54,050 nt of DNA from positions 5,511,657 through 5,565,706 of the forward strand of contig NC_057757.1 in the NCBI RefSeq assembly GCF_004010195.1, written 5' to 3'. The stretch's first letter is position 1. Every line of letters begins with the position of its first letter. The notes beneath the pieces are model-generated. The model ran no database searches, had not been told where the DNA came from, and was given only the letters and a program-made list of their open reading frames with translations. Positions 38,990 to 51,202 of the stretch are shown piece after piece. The position numbers and the translations under genes were made by a program. The DNA comes from Chiloscyllium plagiosum (lineage: Eukaryota).

Positions 38990-39550
38990 TGATAGAACCA
39001 GAGTCATACAGCACAGATACAAACATTTTGGTTCAAGCAATCCATGCTGACCGTAATCCCAAACTAAACTACTCCCACCTGCCTGCATTGGGCATATATC
39101 CCTCCAAAGATTTCTTATTCATGAACCTATCCAAATGCCTTTTAAATGTTGTAAATGCTTCTGCATCCACTATTTCCTCTGGCAGTTCATTCCACACAGG
39201 AATCGCTTTCTGTAAAAAAAAAAAAGTCCCCATTTTTAAAAAAATCTTTTCTCCTCTCATCTTAAAAATATGCTCCCTAATCTTGAAATTCCTAACCGAA
39301 GGGAAAACAAATACCTGCCATTCACCTTATCTACGTCCCTCATGGTTTTATAAACCTCTGTAAGGTCACCCCTCGACCTCCTACGCTCCAGTGGAAACAG
39401 TCCCAGTCTTTTCAGCCTCTCCTTATAACGTAGACCCTCCATTCCTGGCAGCATCCTGATAAATCTCTCCTGAACCCTCTCCAGTTTAATAACATCCTTC
39501 CAATAACAGGGTGACCAGAACTGGACACAGTGCTCCAGAGGAGGCCTTTG
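38990..39550 (-). mobile_element. CR1 LINE 3' end
   Basis: YKERLKRLGLFPLERRRSRGDL and VWNELPEE motifs. Confidence 0.85.
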
Positions 39551-40189
39551 ACGTGACTGGAGAAACTGGGCTAGTTCTCCTCGGAGCTAAAGAAGGTTTA
39601 GCAGAAACTTAATAAAAGCATTCCAAACAAGAGGGAATGTCTCTGGGAAAGATCTGTTGGAGGATAGAGTTTTAAAATAATTATTGAGAGGAGGGAGAAT
39701 ATTTATTTATGCAGGGAGCGATCGGAATCTGGATTGCACGCAAACTGATGTGTTCACAGCTTTTAACAGGAATGAGAAAAGTGGTTGTTGAGAAGGAAAT
39801 ATTTGCCTGACTTTTAAGGCGAAAGCAAGGGGAATGGGATTAATTATGTAGCTCTTTCACAGAGCCAGCTACCCCAGTCTACACTGAACATGTAACGTCC
39901 ACGAGTAAATAAAGGTTCACCTCAAAAAGCTTGAGGAGCAACTCCAGCCCCTTGATAATTTGAAAGGTTTGAATCCAGTCCTTTAGACCTCTGGTGTGAG
40001 AGGCGTACATCATTTTCTTCACCATGACTGGGTTATTCAAATAGCTTCCATGTCACGGACTCCTTGCTATCAAATTATAATATGATAAAATGCACAGTAT
40101 GAAAAGTAGGGGCAATGGTAGATAGGTATAGAGCCCAAACACAGAGGAGAACGGTTGGCCCGATAAAGGAGTGGAGGGCGACCAGGTTA

Positions 40190-40960
40190 TTTAAAAAGAC
40201 CCTGAGCTTCCAGTTACCTGCTACTTCAACACCACCCTTGTTCCCTGGCCAACATCTGTCTCTGGCTTGCTGCAGTGCTCCAGCAAAGCTCAGCAGAAGC
40301 TGCAAGAACAACATCTCATTTTCTGCTTGAGGACCTTGCAGTCTTCTGGACTTGATATCAAGTTTAATAACTTCAGGAGTTGAGCTTCCCCATGTCTTTT
40401 TCCCAACCCCTCTCACACCAGGTCTTTTCTTTAATCACATAGTCTGCCATTACAACACAATCCATTGTTAGCCACTAACAGTCCCCATTAATAGATACTT
40501 AGCCTGCTGAGCCTGATCATTATTCACTTCTTTTTAAGATTAAATTAGATCCACTACAGTGTGGAAACAGGCCCTTCGACCCAACAAGTCCACACTGACC
40601 CTCCAAAGAGTAACCAACTCAGACTCATTCCCCTACTCTGTACCCCTGACTAATGTACCCAATACTATGGGGCAATTTAGCTTTGCCAATTCACCTGACC
40701 AACTTTGGTCTGTCCAACAGTTCTTCTCTTTCTTTGGGCTCCATCCTCACCTATTTGGTCCCTACCCCTCTCCCCCTACCCTATCTTCTGCCTATAAAGT
40801 GACATTTTCCTAGCTACCATCAGTTCTAGGGAAGGCTCACTCAACTCGAAAGGTTAGCCCTGATTTCTCTCCACAGATGCTGCCAGACCTGCTGAGCTCC
40901 TCCAGCAATTTCTGTTTTTGTTTCTGATTTCCATCATCCGCTGTCCTTTTGGTTTTTAAC
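40190..40960 (+). mobile_element. Penelope-like element 3' end (GIY-YIG C-terminus plus terminal repeat), split by an HE1 fragment at about 40540-40700
   Basis: LPVTCYFN...GLLQCSSKAQQKLQEQHLIFCLRTLQSSGLDIKFNNFR; degenerate hammerhead at about 40825-40856. Confidence 0.7.
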
Positions 40961-41384
40961 TGCTTTCGCACTCCTGGTTCTGAAGATGAGTCATAATCGA
41001 ACTCAAAACGTCGACTGTTTTATTTTTCATCTGTCCGCAAGTGCTACTAGACCCATTGAGTTAGAACCGTTAAACAGTTCTGCAGAACAATGCGTGGGTC
41101 TGCTGTATATTTAGTCTTATTCGAACTACAAAAGCCCTCTTGGCCTGCCTTATCAATTTTATCCTCCAGTTGTAACTGGTGACATCGGAATCTCATAATT
41201 GAGCAGCAACTACTTTATTTGCATGAATTTGCATGGTCATCAAAGCCCCACCTCTATTTTTCATTGAATTAAACCTGCAAGTATTTACAGAGCAAAGTTA
41301 GCATCCAATAGTTTTATATCTGGATTTAAAGAGACATGTTAAATTGAGACGGAGTGGAAATGAAGCTGGTTGGACTGCTTGGAA

Positions 41385-41543
41385 CTGAAAATGTGTTGCC
41401 AGAAAAGCGCAGCAGGTCAGGCAGCATCCAAGGAGCAGGAGAATCGTCGATTCTCCTGCTCCTTGGATGCTGCCTGACTTGCGCTTTTCCAGCAACACAT
41501 TTTCAGCTCTGATCTCCAGCACCTGCAGTCCTCACTTTCTCCC
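41385..41543. mobile_element. Palindromic Penelope-derived element with centre deleted, 11-bp target-site duplication
   Basis: Arms meet at gagaatcgtcgattctc; actgcttggaa at 41374 and 41547. Confidence 0.85.
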
Positions 41544-41654
41544 TGAACTGCTTGGAAGACAATAATGCTCACCACTATACCACTGTGCATAAAGCTGCTT
41601 CCCAGACCTTGTGGGGCATTTTAGATAGTTACTAGTTAACCTGTTCATAAAATC

Positions 41655-41946
41655 CCTCCCTACAGTGTTGAAACAGGCTGTCTGGCCCAACCAACCCTCC
41701 GAAGAGTAAACCACTGAGATCCATTCCCCTGACTAATGCACCTAGCCTACACATCCCTGAACACTCTGGGCAATTTTAGCATAGCCAATTTATCTAACCT
41801 GCGCATCTTTGGACTGTGGGAGGAAATCCACACAGACATTGGGAGAAGGTGCAAACTCCACAGACAGTCGCCCGAATCAGGGCTTGAACCCGGGTCCCTG
41901 GTGCTTTGAGACAGCAGTGCTAACCACTGAGCCGCAGTGCCACCCC
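41655..41946 (-). mobile_element. HE1-type SINE
   Basis: Reverse-strand head and core. Confidence 0.85.
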
Positions 41947-42284
41947 AGAAATGTTATCACACACCTCTGGAGCAGGTGGGACCTGAACCCAGGTGTTCTG
42001 GCTCAAATGGAGGGACACTGCCACTGCATCACAACAACTTCATGTTGGGTGGATAAGTTTACGAAGTGGGAGAGTTTAGGATGTGTCCTTTTGTGAGCCA
42101 GTTAGATATCTTCCTAATCGACCTGTTGAGAGGTGGCATTATAAATCTCTGAATCACGCAGGACTTGAACCTGGTTGTTCTTGTCCGACGGGAGAGGGAC
42201 GACCACTGCACCACCAGAGCCTTTGGGTCCGATTTGGTTTCAACTCACTGTGACCTTATTTTTTGTTGTTAGCTACTAACCAGT

Positions 42285-43457
42285 AAATCACCTGTGTAGC
42301 AACGCAGACCATCTGGAAGAGAAGGAGAGGGGGCTAAATCAAAATGTAATTAGAGGGATAGACAAAGCATTGTATTCCCCTGTGGTACCCACCTCTCTTT
42401 AAAGGCGTCAAGAGTGTTAATAGACTCGGTGTGCTTTGTCTTCAAGGACACTTGGGCAGAACCTAGCCAAGGAAGAGGGCTGCACTGTCAGCAGAAATGA
42501 ACCTTTTTGTTTCTTTTTCCTATTTTCTGTTTTCTTTTTTTCCTAAATTGTATTTTCTTTTTTCTACTTTTTTTTCTGTATTTTCTATTTTCTTTTTTCT
42601 TTTTCCTTTTTTCTTGTATATAAATATATATATCCAGAAGTGTTCTTACACGCAACTGAATGTTTTTATTTTCCCTCATCACCAATTCATTATGACTTTT
42701 GTTTTACCATTAACCACCACCAGTAAATCACCCATTGGATATTTATGTAGGGCCCTTTATGTAAAGTAGCAGAAGTGAGGGAGGGATAGGGAGAGCAGGA
42801 AGAGGTGAAATCGAAATGGAGTCGGATGGGGAAATAAAGCACTATATCCACTATAATGCCCACCTCTTTATAAAGGAGGGGGTCTGCTGTATCCTTTTTT
42901 TAATCCTTTGACATATGGAAGTGTTATCACCCACAACCGAATGACTTGCCACCACCAAATCACCATGATTTATCTATTAACTACGAAGCACCGCCACTAT
43001 TCACCCGTGTAGCCAATTGAATATTTACAAGTACGGCAGATTGTGGGCAATATGAACCATGAAAAGGGGAGGGGAAGGAGGGAGAGCGGGAAAGGGCTAA
43101 ACCAAAATGGAGGAGGGACATAAAGCTGTGTATCCCCCACATTGCCCCCTCTCTGTCAAGGCATCAGGAGCATTGATGGAAACTGTGTGCTCCCTCTCCA
43201 ACAACACCTCTCTGCTTTATCTTTTTTTCCCTCTTTATACCCAGAAGTGCCATCGCTGAGTGACTTTCCCACCACCATGACACTCCTTTATGCATTCTTT
43301 TTGCTTTTAACTTTGCAATAAAACATCTGTGTAGCCGATTAAATATTTACAAGCAAGCCACCAAAAGCCTGTGGTGGGGGGGGAGGAGAGGGAAGGGATT
43401 AAATTAAAATGGAGTTGGAGGGAGAAATAAGGCACTGTATCCCCAGCAATGCCCACT

Positions 43458-43506
<49 letters not shown>

Positions 43507-43570
43507 GAAGACATTGAGAGCATTGATGGACATGGCGTGCTCTCTCTCCAAGGTCACCCGGGCACGAATG
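42285..43570. repeat. Old degenerate tandem array, about 4 units of 300-430 bp
   Basis: Recurring blocks (cacc..tgtagc, purine run, aaaatgga..gaggga..taaagcactgtatccc..tgcccacctct) near 42290, 42725, 43000 and 43325. Confidence 0.7.
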
Positions 43571-44065
43571 AAGCACCTGTTTCTTATTTTGTTTCTAACC
43601 AACCTGTTCAGCGATATCAGTACACACCTCTGGAGCAGGTGGGACTTGAATCCAGGGCTCCTGACTCAGAGGTAGGGATGCTACCCATGATTCGCTTTAT
43701 CAAGGGCTCAGATGGTGAGTTACAGTTGGTCTAGCCATTGCCTGTTACTAGGGGAACCCATTGTCAACAAGCTCCACAGGGAGATTAATTAGTTATTCCC
43801 CATGGGCCCTACAGGATTATCTCACTTTGGGTTGTTTTCCTCAGAGCAGACAAGGCTGAAGGGGAAACCTGACCGAGGTGTGCAAAGTTAGAAGGGGCAA
43901 AGACAAGGTAAAAAAGGAAGAAACCTTTTTCCTTAGTGGAGAGGCGAGTTAATCAGGGGATGTCAATTTAAGGTGAAGGGCAGAAGGTTGAAAGATTATT
44001 TGAGGAAACGATTTTTCACCCAGAGGGTGGGAATATCTGGAACTCATTTTCTGAAAGATTTGATA

Positions 44066-44376
44066 AGATTCCCTACAGTGTGGAAATAGGCCCTTCAGCC
44101 CAAAAAGTCCTCCACTGACCCTCCGAAGAGTAACCCACCCATACTCATTTCCCTATACTTCCCCCTGACTAATGCTATGGGCAATTTAGCAAGGCCAATT
44201 CACCTAACCTGCACATCTTTTGGAATGTGGGAGAAAACTAGAGCACCCGCAGGAAACTCACGCAGACAGGGAGGATGTGCAAACTCCACACAGACAGTTA
44301 CCCGAAGCCTGAATCAAACCCAGGTCCCTGGTGCTATGAGGCAACAGTGCTAACCACTGAGTCACCGTGCTGCCCC
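44066..44376 (-). mobile_element. HE1-type SINE nested in a CR1 fragment (about 43820-44440)
   Basis: CR1 sequence (FFTQRVGISGTH..., gtagtggaggcagg) resumes after the SINE. Confidence 0.85.
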
Positions 44377-44842
44377 AGAGGGTAGTGGAGGCAGGAGCAA
44401 TCGCAAAATTTAAGTAGTACTTACATGAACATTTAAAACATCATTGCAAACAATTAGAATTAGCTTTATTGTCACATGTACTCAGATGAGTGCATTGCAA
44501 ACTTTACAAGTCGCCATTTTTGGCACCATCTTGGGTACAAGGTACCTAGGTGCAGGTTCTGTTATTGTCCTGGGCACATGGGTTCAACTCCCGTCATGAT
44601 AGTTGGTGAGACTTAAAGTTAGTGAATTAATAACACTGGAATTGAACGATATTTTATCATAGACTGTCCCCATTAATGAATAGCTACTGGTCTTGGCGAC
44701 TGCAGATGCAATGACCCTTGGATGGCCGAGCAAGTCACACAGTTCAAGGTCAGTTGCCCACATCCCATTAAAGAAGGAAGGAGGATAATGTTTTCAAGCC
44801 AAATGGCATTTGCTTATTGATTCCATATTTTGGGGTGATACA

Positions 44843-45560
44843 TTGGCTCAGTGGTTAGCACTGCTGCCTCACAGCGGGGTCGATTCCTGCCTCGGCTGAC
44901 TGTCTGTGTGGAGTTTCCATAGTATTCCCTTATCTCTGTGGGTTTCCTCTGGGTGCTCCGGTTTCCTCCACAATCCAAAGATGTGTAGGTTAGGGTGGAC
45001 TGGCCAGGGGTAATTACCCATAGTGCCCAGGGATGTACTGGTTAGGGTGGATTGGCCAGGGGAAATTACCCATAGAGCCCAGGGATGTGCAGGTTAGGGT
45101 GGATTGGCTGTGCTAAATTACCCATCGTGCCCAGGGATGTGCAGGTTAGGGTGGATTGGCCATGCTAAATTACCCATAGTGCCCAGGGATATGCAGGTTG
45201 GGGTCGATTGGCCGTGCTAAATTACCCATAGTGCCCAGGGATATGCAGGTTGGGGTGGATTGGCCGTGCTAAATTACCCATATGTTCAGGGATGTGCAGG
45301 TTAGGGTGGATTGGTTGTGCTAAATTGCCCCATAGTGTTCAGGGTTTTGTAGGTTAGGGTGGATTGGCCGTGCTAAATTGTCCCATAGTTCCCAGGGATG
45401 TGCAGGTTAGGGTGGATTGGCCATGCTAAATTGCCCCATAGTGTTCAGGGATGTGTAGGTTAGGTGCATTCGTCAGGGGTAAATACAGGGTAGGGGAATG
45501 GGTCTCGTTGAGTTACTCTTTGGAGTGTTGGTGTGGACTTTTTGCGCTGAAGGCTGGATG
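44843..45560 (+). mobile_element. HE1-type SINE with 9 internal tandem copies of a 52-bp unit (44981-45450)
   Basis: atgtgcaggttagggtggattggccatgctaaattacccatagtgcccaggg repeated. Confidence 0.92.
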
Positions 45561-46010
45561 CCACACTTTTATGATTCTATTCTATGCTTCTGTTTGTCCT
45601 CGCAAAGGCACTTCCTCACACCTTTGTATTCACTACCTACTAGGTAAGACAATTAACCCACTCTGTACAGCAACTTCCCACTCCCAGTGTGCACCATGTC
45701 AGCCTCCAGTTTCTCATATTGCCCACCTGTCATGCTGACCTTCGTATTTTCCCTCCAAACCCCATGTCCCCAGGAAACTCTCAGCCAAGAGGTGGAGAAG
45801 CCCTTGTCTGGGACCCTTGTTCCTTGTGACTAATACTTCCATCTATATGTACACATGTCCGTGTATAGAGTGAGAAGGAACTCAGGCTCCTACAACCCCC
45901 TCAGATCTCTGTGCTCATCTAGCCTCTCGTTGCCAATTTTTAATCATTTCACCGTTGGTGGTTATGCTTTCAGCTGCTTGGACACCAAAGCTCTGGTGCT
46001 CTCACATTGG

Positions 46011-46316
46011 AGGCTCAGGGGCTCAGTGGTTAGCACTGCTGTCTCACGGCGCCAGGGACCCGGGTTCAGTTCCAGCCTCAAGGAACTGTCTGTATTGTGT
46101 TTGCACGTTCTCCTCGTGTCTGTGTGGGGTTTCCACCCACAGTCCAAAGATGTGTGCAGATTAGGTGGATTGGCTACATTCTAGTGTCCAGGGATGTGTA
46201 TGTTAGTAGATTAGCCTTGGGGAAAAGTGGAAGGAGGGGGAGTGATGGGTCTGGGTTGGATGCTGTTCAGAGACTTGATGGGCCAAATGGCCTGCTTCCC
46301 CTCTGTAGGGATTCTA
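46011..46316 (+). mobile_element. HE1-type SINE
   Basis: Head and core. Confidence 0.85.
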
Positions 46317-46719
46317 AGCCCTCAGCCATTCTCTTTACTCCTTTAAAGCACTCATTTAACCTCGCAGCTGCGTGAAGTTGGTCACCCATCCTAATATCTC
46401 CTAAAATGCTCCTGCAAAACTACTGTTGCAAAGATAAAGGTGCTATATAAATGCATGTTCTGGATTGTGATGCTACCCAGCAGGCCAAGTCAGATCAATA
46501 CAGTGGTTCCACTCTCCATGAAATGTGAAGGGTGATTCAGAAGGGTGTAGTCGCAAAATCCTAATCAGTAAGGAGTCAGTAAGTTTCAAAAGAGTGAACT
46601 GTTTCCCCAACCCTCCAGGGGAGCCATTGACAAGCCTTAAAATACTCTCCCGTGTTGAATTTGCAGCTTGCCTCGTGTTGGGGTTGGCCAGTTTTCAGCT
46701 CTTCTCTTTCTGCCAACAG

Positions 46720-46926
46720 AAACGGAAAACCACAACGATATCGGTCGAGGTGAAGAAATCTCAGCATAAGTACATCATAGGCCCGAAAGGTAACACCCTG
46801 CAGGAAATACTGGACATGACCGGGGTATCCGTGGAAATGCCGTCACTGGAGAGTAGTTCTGAGACCATCATTCTCCGGGGAGAGCCTGACAAACTTGGCC
46901 CAGCTCTAACTCAGGTCTATGCCAAG
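46720..46926 (+). CDS. HDLBP: Vigilin KH-domain exon, KRKTTTISVEVKKSQHKYIIGPKGN...LTQVYAK
   Basis: ccaacag| acceptor, aag|gtaaac donor; 207 nt, phase 0/0; KH GxxG loop IIGPKG. Confidence 0.96.
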
Positions 46927-46954
46927 GTAAACCTTCTGATCCCTGACGATGTGC

Positions 46955-47590
46955 TGTGATAATACTGTGGCTTGAAGAGATGTATTTTGTCCTGATTTCT
47001 TCTTGAAGGTTGTTTGAGATAGAGGTAGCAAGCAGTCTGCTTCAAAGCCCACAAAGCAAACAGCTTGGGATCTAAAACAAAAGTTGGAATAATAGAAGCA
47101 GCCTGACTGGGTGGGATCAAGCTCTCGCAGAACCAGAAGTTTTAGTTTCAGTTTTTTAGTAGCAGTTGCTGGGGTCTTGAAACTGGGTTTGGAAGCTGCA
47201 GTACATCTCGCTCTCTCTCGCTCTCTCTCTCTCTTGAGTTTTCTCGTGATGTTTTTCCTTTTGCTTTGGAGAATTGCCTGTAAGACCATCTATTTTACTG
47301 AATTTGTCTTTGCCAAGGATGTGTTTATGGGATGTTATGATACTGGGACAGTTGCTGTTTAGTAGTTAAATAATCAATTATTCTATTAAGTTTTCCAGTA
47401 GAGTTATGTTATTCCAATGTCTTCTTTCTACAGTGTATGAATAAGGTGTGCTTCGCTTCAAGACTGGTAGTTTGACCAATCGAATTGTATCTGGAATGCA
47501 ATGCCTGGCACTTGCCTTTAAAATAAGGAAAAGTTAGGGTATAGGCTATCTTCTTAATATATTTTGAGTGGTTTGGTCTGGGCCATAACA
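46955..47590. mobile_element. Solo LTR-like element
   Basis: TGTGAT...ATAACA termini (TG..CA, short inverted ends); homologous to 23661-24275. Confidence 0.7.
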
Positions 47591-47846
47591 ATGTAGAAAC
47601 CCACTTTAACATCAGGTGGTAAAAAATATCCCTTTGCCACCAAGCCTCTAGATAATCGTTTGTTATATGCTTTCCAAAAGTACAGTAAGAACGGAGTATT
47701 GCTACAGGGCTTTGGTGACACCACACCTGGACTATGGTGCATGGCTTTAGTTCTAATACTTAAGAAAGGATATATACTTGGCTTGAAAGTGTTAAAGCAA
47801 AGGTTGTTCTTTTGGCTGAGGGGGCTGTTCTGTAAAGAATCAAAAC

Positions 47847-48138
47847 ATCCCTATAGTGTGGATGCAGGCCATTTGGTCCACTCTGGACCTCCAAAGAGCA
47901 TCTCACCCACATCCCTGTACTTCCCATGGCTAACCCACCCCCCTTGCACATCCTTGGGCATTTTAGCTTGGCCAATCCACCCTAACCTGCACACCATGGG
48001 AAGAAACCGGAGCACCCGGAGGAAACCCACGCTGACATGGGGGAGAATGAGCAAACTCCACAAAGACAGTTGCCCGAGGATGGAATCGAACCCGGGTCCC
48101 TGGCGCTGTGAGGCAGCAGTGCTAACCACTGAGCCACG
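47847..48138 (-). mobile_element. HE1-type SINE
   Basis: Reverse-strand head and core. Confidence 0.88.
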
Positions 48139-49099
48139 GAGCTGCTCTCTCAAAGCTCAGTATTTTGGATTGGTGTTCTTTGCAGCTTTGAAGAATGGAA
48201 GGTGATCTCATTAAAACGTGCAAGATGCTGGAGAAGCTTGATTGAGTGGACACTGAGAGTTTGAATCTGCTGCTTGGGGCATCCATATCACAGGGCCACG
48301 CTTTCAGCAGAATCATTTAGGACTGAGTTGACTGAGTTAATTTCTTTTGAGTTCTTAGTCCCAGAGAGTTGTGGATGCTCCCTCCCTGAGTATATTCAAG
48401 GCCAGGGTTGATAGACCTTTGAGGGATTCAAGAGAGTGGGCAAGAAGGTGAGGTTGGGGCAGAAGGTCAGCTGTGATTGTGTTGAATGGCAGAGCTGGCT
48501 CGAGGGGGCGAGTGGCCTATTCCTGCTCCTGTTTCTCCCGGTCAGCTCTCAGGAATCTGCCAGTGCCACCCCCTGCCCATGTACAGTGGCAGTAATTTTG
48601 GAATGGCTTCCCCTTCCTGAACTGGAGAAACAGGGAAACAGAAATCAAAGCATCAACACTGAGGTGAACTGTATTGAGCCCTTTCCTCACCAGTGGTTTG
48701 ATGCTGCACTTTGAGTTCCATTTGTTGGTCACGGTCTATTGCCTTGATTTTACCTACAATCTTGATGCTCTGTGCCATTGACATTCCAGTTCCTTAGTAT
48801 TCTGCTTTCCTTGGTGCTATTTTGGTCACTTGGCATACTCCCTTGGTCATGCATCAATATTTGATACCATGTTGTCACCCGTATTCTAGTAGCATTTCAT
48901 GTAACGATATGTTCATATGTAACCAACTCTAATAATATGAATCTCGAAGTCCTCAACAGAGTTTGCAAACCCCTTTATTGCATTTCCTCCTATTGCATTA
49001 CCGATGTTTGAAAATTAGTGTCCTAATTTATCTTGCCATCCTTTTCTTGTCCCACTCCTCCTGTGCGGTGTCCAGTGGTGGCACTGTCATCTAGGGCTG

Positions 49100-49347
49100 A
49101 CTCATGTACCAACAGATTCAAGGACAGTTTCTTCCCCGCTGTTATTAGACTTCTGAATGGACCTCTCACATTTTAAATTTAATGTTGATCTCGCTCTTTG
49201 TACATGTTCTCTGCAGCCGTAACATTGAATTCCTCGCTCTGTTCTGTTACCACAAAGCACCTTGTACAGCATGCTCTGCCCGTATTGCACGTCAAACAGC
49301 ACTTTTCACTGTACCTAGGTACAATGGACAACAAATAAATCAAATCA
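49100..49347 (+). mobile_element. Rex1/L2-like LINE 3' end
   Basis: TNRFKDSFFPAVIRLLN followed by a tail ending acaaataaatcaaatc. Confidence 0.65.
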
Positions 49348-49413
49348 GTTTGGCCCTTTTCTCCACATTAGCCAGAGCCTTTTATTGACCTGTTTGTGTT
49401 CTCTAACTCCAAG

Positions 49414-49521
49414 GCAAAGAGTGTGATGGTGGCTGAAGTAACCGCGCCGGCCTGGTTACATCGCTTTATCATTGGCAAGAAGGGACAAAACATTGGCCGT
49501 ATAACCCAGCAACTGCCCAAG
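49414..49521 (+). CDS. HDLBP: Vigilin KH-domain exon, AKSVMVAEVTAPAWLHRFIIGKKGQNIGRITQQLPK
   Basis: ctccaag| acceptor, aag|gtaagc donor; 108 nt; GxxG loop IIGKKG. Confidence 0.95.
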
Positions 49522-50255
49522 GTAAGCACTGGGTCATTACAGGGCTCGATCTCCTCAAGAAACTTAGACTTATATCGTGTCTTCAACATAGTCCCTGCGC
49601 TCTTCTTAGTGAATAATATTTTGACCGGAGCCACAGGGCGGCAGTATTCGATCTTGGGGTAGAGTTTTAGGAGAATTGTAAAGAAAGAGAGAGACCGAGA
49701 AGGTCAGGAAGGAAATTCCCAGAGCTTTACAACCCGTTGCAGCTAATGGCATATGGCCACCAACTGCGAGGCAAAGGACATCAGGAAGCTGCTCAAGGGA
49801 CTAGAATTGGAGAAGTGAGAGGTCTGGGAGGTTTCTAGAAGTAGGGGAGACACCACGGACAGTGGAAACTTTCATTTCAGTGTTCACATAACCAGGAGAT
49901 GGAGTGGGTCAGGGCGAGGGGTTTCTGAGAGTTTCAACAGGAGCATCTGAGATTTGGTTGAGTTTCAAAGGGATGATAGTTGGGAGACTGGGGAGGCAAA
50001 CAGTCTTGTGAGAGTCCCAGCAGGGAGTAAGCTGAGGTAGTACAGACCTGGAAGACAGCCAGGAGAATGACGGGGCAGGACAATGTCCCTGAAAGGAAGC
50101 TAATTTTCCTGCACTTACATTGCTCTGGTTATCCAACATAGCCAAGCACAAAACCTTGAATCGAAAGCGGGGGCGTGAGAATGTATGGTGTCATCGTATG
50201 ATATAGTTGGCAAAAGTAACGTATATCTCTGGGTTATATGACCCGTCTGGTGTAG

Positions 50256-50360
50256 GTTCACATTGAGTTCACTGATGGTGATGAGAAGATCACATTGGAG
50301 GGTCCAACAGAGGAAGTGGAGATTGCTCAAACCCAGATCCAAGACATCATCAATGACCTG
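50256..50360 (+). CDS. HDLBP: Vigilin exon, VHIEFTDGDEKITLEGPTEEVEIAQTQIQDIINDL
   Basis: Translated by hand (not in the ORF track in this frame); tgtag| acceptor, ctg|gtcagt donor; 105 nt; matches VHIEFT.G..KITLEGPTE.V. Confidence 0.95.
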
Positions 50361-50369
50361 GTCAGTATG

Positions 50370-50850
50370 TCATAGTCATCCAGCACGGAAACAGACCCTT
50401 CAGCCCAACCAGTCCATGCTGACCATGTTCCCAAACGAAACTAGTCCCACCTGCCTGCTCCTGGCGCATATCCCTCCAAAGCTTTCCTATTCATGTACTT
50501 CTCAAAAGTCTTTTTTAAACGTTGTAACTGTACCCACATCCACCACTTCCTCAGGAAGTTCATTCCACACACGACCTGCCTCTGTGTAAAAAAAAACCTG
50601 CCCCCTCATGTCTTTTTTAAATCTCTCTCCTCTCACCTTAAAAATATGCCCCCTAATCTTGAAATCTGCCACCCTAGGGAAGAGATACCTGCCTTCTACC
50701 TTACCTACACCCCCCCCGCCATGATTTTATAGACCTCTATAAGGTCACCCCTCAACCTCCTACGCTCCAGTGGAAAACGTCCTGGGCTATCCAGCCTCTC
50801 CTTCTAACACGCACCTTCCATTCCCGGCAACATCCTGGTAAACCTCTTGT
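50370..50850 (-). mobile_element. CR1 LINE 3' end, about 10 bp downstream of an exon donor
   Basis: Same family as 38990-39550. Confidence 0.85.
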
Positions 50851-51123
50851 AAATGTCTTCCTATTCCGTGCAAAATTGCACTGCCATTTCCCTCCACCCT
50901 TCGGCAGTTCACTGTCCAGCTCTTTCCTCTCAAAGCCCGAGCTGCGGGGTCGTCAAAGTGAAGAGCCCGTTCCTCTCCCATTCCTTTTAACCCTGACATC
51001 GTTGCACCGCGGTTTCTCTTCACCTCCCTGAAGCTGAGCCACGTACATCATGGAGCTGTCACTGGGTAATGAAGCTTTGCAGCTGGTGAGTGACCTCGCT
51101 TATTTTTTATGTCTCTCTTACAG

Positions 51124-51202
51124 CTGACGCGCATGGACTACACAGAGATCACGGTCGAGCAGAAATACCACCGTCATCTAATAGGAAAGAATGGAGCGAA
51201 TA
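51124..51202 (+). CDS. HDLBP: Vigilin KH exon, LTRMDYTEITVEQKYHRHLIGKNGAN, phase-1 donor; gene continues beyond the window
   Basis: Translated by hand; ctcttacag| acceptor, A|gtgagt donor; 79 nt; GxxG loop LIGKNG. Confidence 0.95.

Noticed and set aside
42488..42769. Lys-rich and Phe-rich ORFs
   Set aside because: Low-complexity T-rich tract.
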